Source: Phoronis australis (lineage: Eukaryota; Animalia; Phoronida). Taken from it: a stretch of 64,000 nucleotides of DNA. The DNA is taken from assembly GCA_002633005.1 (NCBI GenBank), contig NMRA01000203.1, positions 342,015 to 406,014 on the forward strand, read 5' to 3'. A program made the translations under genes and the position numbers. A model generated the notes under the pieces. That model did not search any database. It saw only the letters and a list, made by a program, of their open reading frames with translations, and was not told where the DNA came from. Below are positions 61,001 through 64,000 of this stretch, piece after piece. How positions within the stretch are numbered: the stretch's first letter is position 1; each line of letters begins with the position of its first letter.

Positions 61001-62927
61001 TTGTGGTTCAGTTTGTGCCATATGGGCAGGGTTGTTCATGGATGAACAATCCTGTCCACCGCCACAAACCGCGTGGGGGCCGTGACCCTTGTAGTCAAGG
61101 GACGAATAGGAGTGAAAGGTGATATGGGAAAAAGTAGTCGGGACCTTGAACAATATAATAAAATATATAATATGATGAAACCATCTAAGAGACTTTTACC
61201 TAAGCATAACTGATAGAGCTATGGACCATAAACCCGAGGTCCGCCAGCAGTGGGCACCCTTTATAGCATTGAGAAAATATCGTTTCATAAATGGGACAGG
61301 TGGACGCCATGTGGATGGAACAACAACCTGACATCCGTCATAATGTCAGGGTGCCTGATATGTAGCATCCAGAATGAGTGAGATCAATCTTAGCCGCCAT
61401 GGAGTTGATTCTGGCCCTGGCGGTGTTCATGACTTCCATGGTACCTCTTTTCCATTGTAACCGTGGTAGTATTGCGGACCAAACAATTGTGCTGTGTGGA
61501 AATTTGTTGTGGAATCTGGAAATATCTGCGTAGCAGTAACTCATGTGATTTGGTTTGGCCAATGTCTTTGCAAGCGCAGTGCAGGATGATGTACGACGGT
61601 TGGTCTTCAAGGTGGTTCATCGTCCACAGTTTGGGGATAAGCTGGTTCCAATGGAGCCTTTTGCCAAAAGATGCTCTGTATCCCCACTGACTGTAACCCC
61701 AAGTTCGTGCCCCTGGGGCTTGTCCTGGCATGAACAAACTCCCGTTTAATGAACGACTATCCTACAATCCATACGGCATAAGGGCCCTGAAAGACTTAAC
61801 TGTCTTTTAGAACTAGTCTAAACTGTGAACTAATAGTTTTTCGGAAATAATACGAACATAGGTTTTATATGCGTATGAGTGTGTAGATCATCTGCTTGCG
61901 AGTCTGATTTGTTCTGGTGTCCATTCAGCTAAGCTTGCGGTTATGGCAGCACCGATGCGGAATGAATGTGACCGGTACCTGCCATGTTCCACGCACGCCC
62001 AGTTTCTTCATTACCAACTGGAGGATAGTGCTAAACTGATAGCGAGAGAGGGGTTTCCCTCCAAAGTGACAGAGGAACTGGTGGTCGCTTGGTGGTCTGA
62101 TTTTACGAAATTTGAGCATGTTGTCTATCAAGCATATATTAAAAGTGGGTGGTGGGATAATTAAGGAATGTATAAAAAGTGTCGACGTGTTCCCACGCTG
62201 CTCGGTCTTGAATGATGTGATTTTAATGAAGACCCTGTTGTTGGCAAAGGTGACGTCGTCCGCTTGAAGACCTCCATTGTTTGGGCCAACTAACTCTGAT
62301 ATTCGGAAAAAACCAAAGAACGCCAAAACGTATGGTCTTGAAAAGGTGCCTCTCGTATATAGAGGAGCAGATTAGATGCAGGCTGTGGGCCAGTGGTACA
62401 GTATCTCAGGAGTAATCGGTAGCCGTGTGTCAGCAGTTTTTGCACAACGTCGTAGGCCCCGGTGTCTTGGACACGATCAAGATGGTAGTAATGTCTGGGT
62501 AACCATCCACCTTGCATTTAAAGTACATTCCTGCCAGGTATGACTCGACGGTACGGGCCGCAATACCACAGAGAGATATGTATGGAATACATAGAACCAG
62601 ATGGTCAGGGGGCCAGCACAGTGGCAGGTAACACTGTTGCCGAAACGAATTGAATGACTGGAGGCCTAGGTGTTGTTGGAGACGAATGCTTAGATTAGTC
62701 TAGCTGCCTTATCGCGGAGATCAGTTGCAGAAATTGGTGGGGTATTGGGTCTGGCGATGGGTTTGCCTCTGGTGCTAACGTGCAAAATCTTTGCACCTGT
62801 TTACGAGACGGTAGTTTACGGACGTAGACGTAAACGGTAGATGACGCTGTCATCATAGAAATAATCACAAGGTAGCACTGACGTCGCGTGCACGTTAAGA
62901 TTTTTTAATGAGACAATTTGTAAACAT
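55010..62927 (-). CDS. Candidate N-terminal/stem exons of the GT7 gene: 62927-62797 (TM, needs +1 nt), 59988-59902, 59724-59688, 59555-59424, 55097-55010
   Basis: Each internal segment has pyrimidine-AG and GT boundaries and an open frame; 59724-59688 encodes GSSLCPQMPPHL, the typical GT7 stem C-P-x-x-P-x-L preceding VG. Connectivity not fully resolved. Confidence 0.5.
55500..58060 (+). mobile_element. Decayed CR1/L2-type LINE ORF2 (reverse transcriptase)
   Basis: Fragments VPIHKKD..SNYRPI, QFGFLPGKST, AFD.V, GVPQ.SVLGPLFF, YINDL, YADDTSL, LQGDL..LSSW, KHLGI, LVLPHFDYGD; many stops and frameshifts. Confidence 0.88.
57399..58017 (-). mobile_element. Kolobok-type non-autonomous element with THAP-domain start, nested in the LINE
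   Basis: TTAA TSD at 57395-57398 and 58018-58021, ~155-bp near-perfect TIRs starting AGGCGAAGGC; minus ORF from 57752 MPHCCCVPGCTNY...VPLHR. Confidence 0.88.
58101..58484. mobile_element. PIF/Harbinger-like MITE
   Basis: TIR ggcccggtctctaatctttgtactcgaaa...tttcgagtaaaaagattggagaccgggcc; 3-bp flanks cag/cat. Confidence 0.75.
58488..58657 (-). mobile_element. tRNA-derived SINE head (not a functional tRNA)
   Basis: Minus strand A box TGGTGTAGTGG and B box GGTTCGAATCC, but acceptor and anticodon stems do not pair. Confidence 0.65.
59202..59345. mobile_element. Short palindromic (Crypton-like) MITE
   Basis: atagattattacatg...catgtaataatctat with inner inverted arms gttatctagagcc/ggctctagataac and central hairpin ggggcgttagcccc. 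Confidence 0.7.
60177..62770 (-). mobile_element. 5'-truncated Ngaro/DIRS-like tyrosine-recombinase retrotransposon with SGNH hydrolase-like ORF
   Basis: AFFGFFRISEL, SFKTEQRG, PLSRYQF, HSFRIGAA, AYKTYVR (YR); downstream VWIVG.SF, LHC...DIG, IVWSAILPRLQW (hydrolase typical of Ngaro); disrupted frames. Confidence 0.85.
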
Positions 62928-63439
62928 TTATATGTGCTAATTGACATGAAACTTATTTCTAATTCGATTGTTAATTATTCCAGCAAAATATTAGCAAATA
63001 TTATCGACAACACTGCCTTTTAATTGTTGACGATAACAGTGGCCTCTGGCGATAAGTTTGATGGGACTGAAATTGGCCGTTCAATGCACTGTGGCGTCGA
63101 CGCTCCACTAATTAAATCCAACACCAAAGTTAACCACTCATACTGACCGCAACTCCCCAAAACATCGACGCGTCTACGTTAGTACGAAACGCCCTTAAAA
63201 GTCACATCGATAAAAAGCCTTTCGTCAGTTCTTGGGGATTATACCAAAAGCAAAAGGTAAATAATTTAATTCATAAATAATTAGGATTTCGCATACCATA
63301 TGTTTTTGATTATAAAATCCAAGAGTGTTACCAAAATACGAAAAATAACGATGTGTAATTTTACCGTAATAAAGGAAATGAACCAGAGAGGTTATATAAA
63401 TGACTAGTTAATCCATAAGGGAAATAAATTCAATGATTT

Positions 63440-63694
63440 AAAGATTTCTACCTCATATCCAGCGCATGGGGCGCTGGAAATCTGACGCACTAAAAAACTA
63501 CATTCGCATGTCTGCTTTTCCTCTTCCCCAGGCTTCTTGAACTCCTGGTGAGCCTGTTGTTGCAGCTCCCCACTTCTCTCACTTTGCTTTTCAGCCCCTC
63601 CCACTCCTCTGGGTCTGTGGTTTCAGCCCACTAGGTCAGGACTGTTGTTGCAGCCGGCCTCCTCCCGTTCGCAGGTCTGTTGTTGCAGCCTGTG
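63440..63694 (+). mobile_element. 3' fragment of a second DIRS/Ngaro tyrosine recombinase
   Basis: HIQRMGRWKSDALKNYIRM at ~63454-63510, followed by short ctgttgttgcagc repeats. Confidence 0.7.
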
Positions 63695-63695
63695 N

Positions 63696-64000
63696 ATATT
63701 ATCGACAACACTGCCTTTTAATTGTTGACGATAACAGTGGCCTCTGGCGATAAGTTTGACGGGACTGAAATTGGCCGTTCAATGCACTGTGGCGTCGACG
63801 CTCCACTAATTAAATCCAACACCAAAGTTAACCACTCATACTGACCGCAACTCCCCAAAACATCGACGCGTCTACGTTAGTATGAAACGCCCTTAAAAGT
63901 CACATCGATAAAAAGCCTTTCGTCAGTTCTTGGGAATTATACCAAAAGCAAAAGGTAAATAATTTAATTCATAAATAATTAGGATTTCGCATACCATATG
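63696..64000. other. Duplicate of 62997-63302 after a single-N joint
   Basis: Near-identical sequence restarts after the N at 63695. Confidence 0.85.

Noticed and set aside
60177-61274. Split direct repeats of the Ngaro element
   Set aside because: The ~550-bp repeat breaks exactly at the N at 60726, so an assembly overlap is more likely.

Overview
Eukaryotic (animal, probably marine invertebrate/lophotrochozoan-like) genomic DNA from a draft, heterozygous assembly. Five spliced protein-coding genes can be rebuilt by hand with GT-AG, phase-consistent exons: an ankyrin-repeat/SOCS-box (ASB-like) gene (+, 713-2466); CCDC97 (-, 18829-8065) head-to-head with COX20 (+, 19024-26058); a peripherin-2/ROM1-like tetraspanin with an extra polybasic tail (+, 37930-44323); and a GT7 beta-1,4-glycosyltransferase (-, catalytic exons 54735-45729, probable stem/TM exons up to ~62927). 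A single-coding-exon orphan ORF (-, 36333-35701) lies divergent from the tetraspanin. Introns and intergenic DNA hold many transposon relics: three inverted Penelope-like pairs, a Helentron-derived HINE family rich in CTCF-like motifs (one copy carrying a Gypsy gag fragment), IS3EU, CR1/L2, Kolobok-THAP, Ngaro/DIRS, a tRNA-derived SINE, several MITEs and minisatellites. Four near-identical duplications flank single-N joints and are most likely haplotype/assembly artefacts. I found no CRISPR array and no clearly new multi-gene system; the best leads are listed as findings. Family assignments rest on motif recognition by eye, not database searches.
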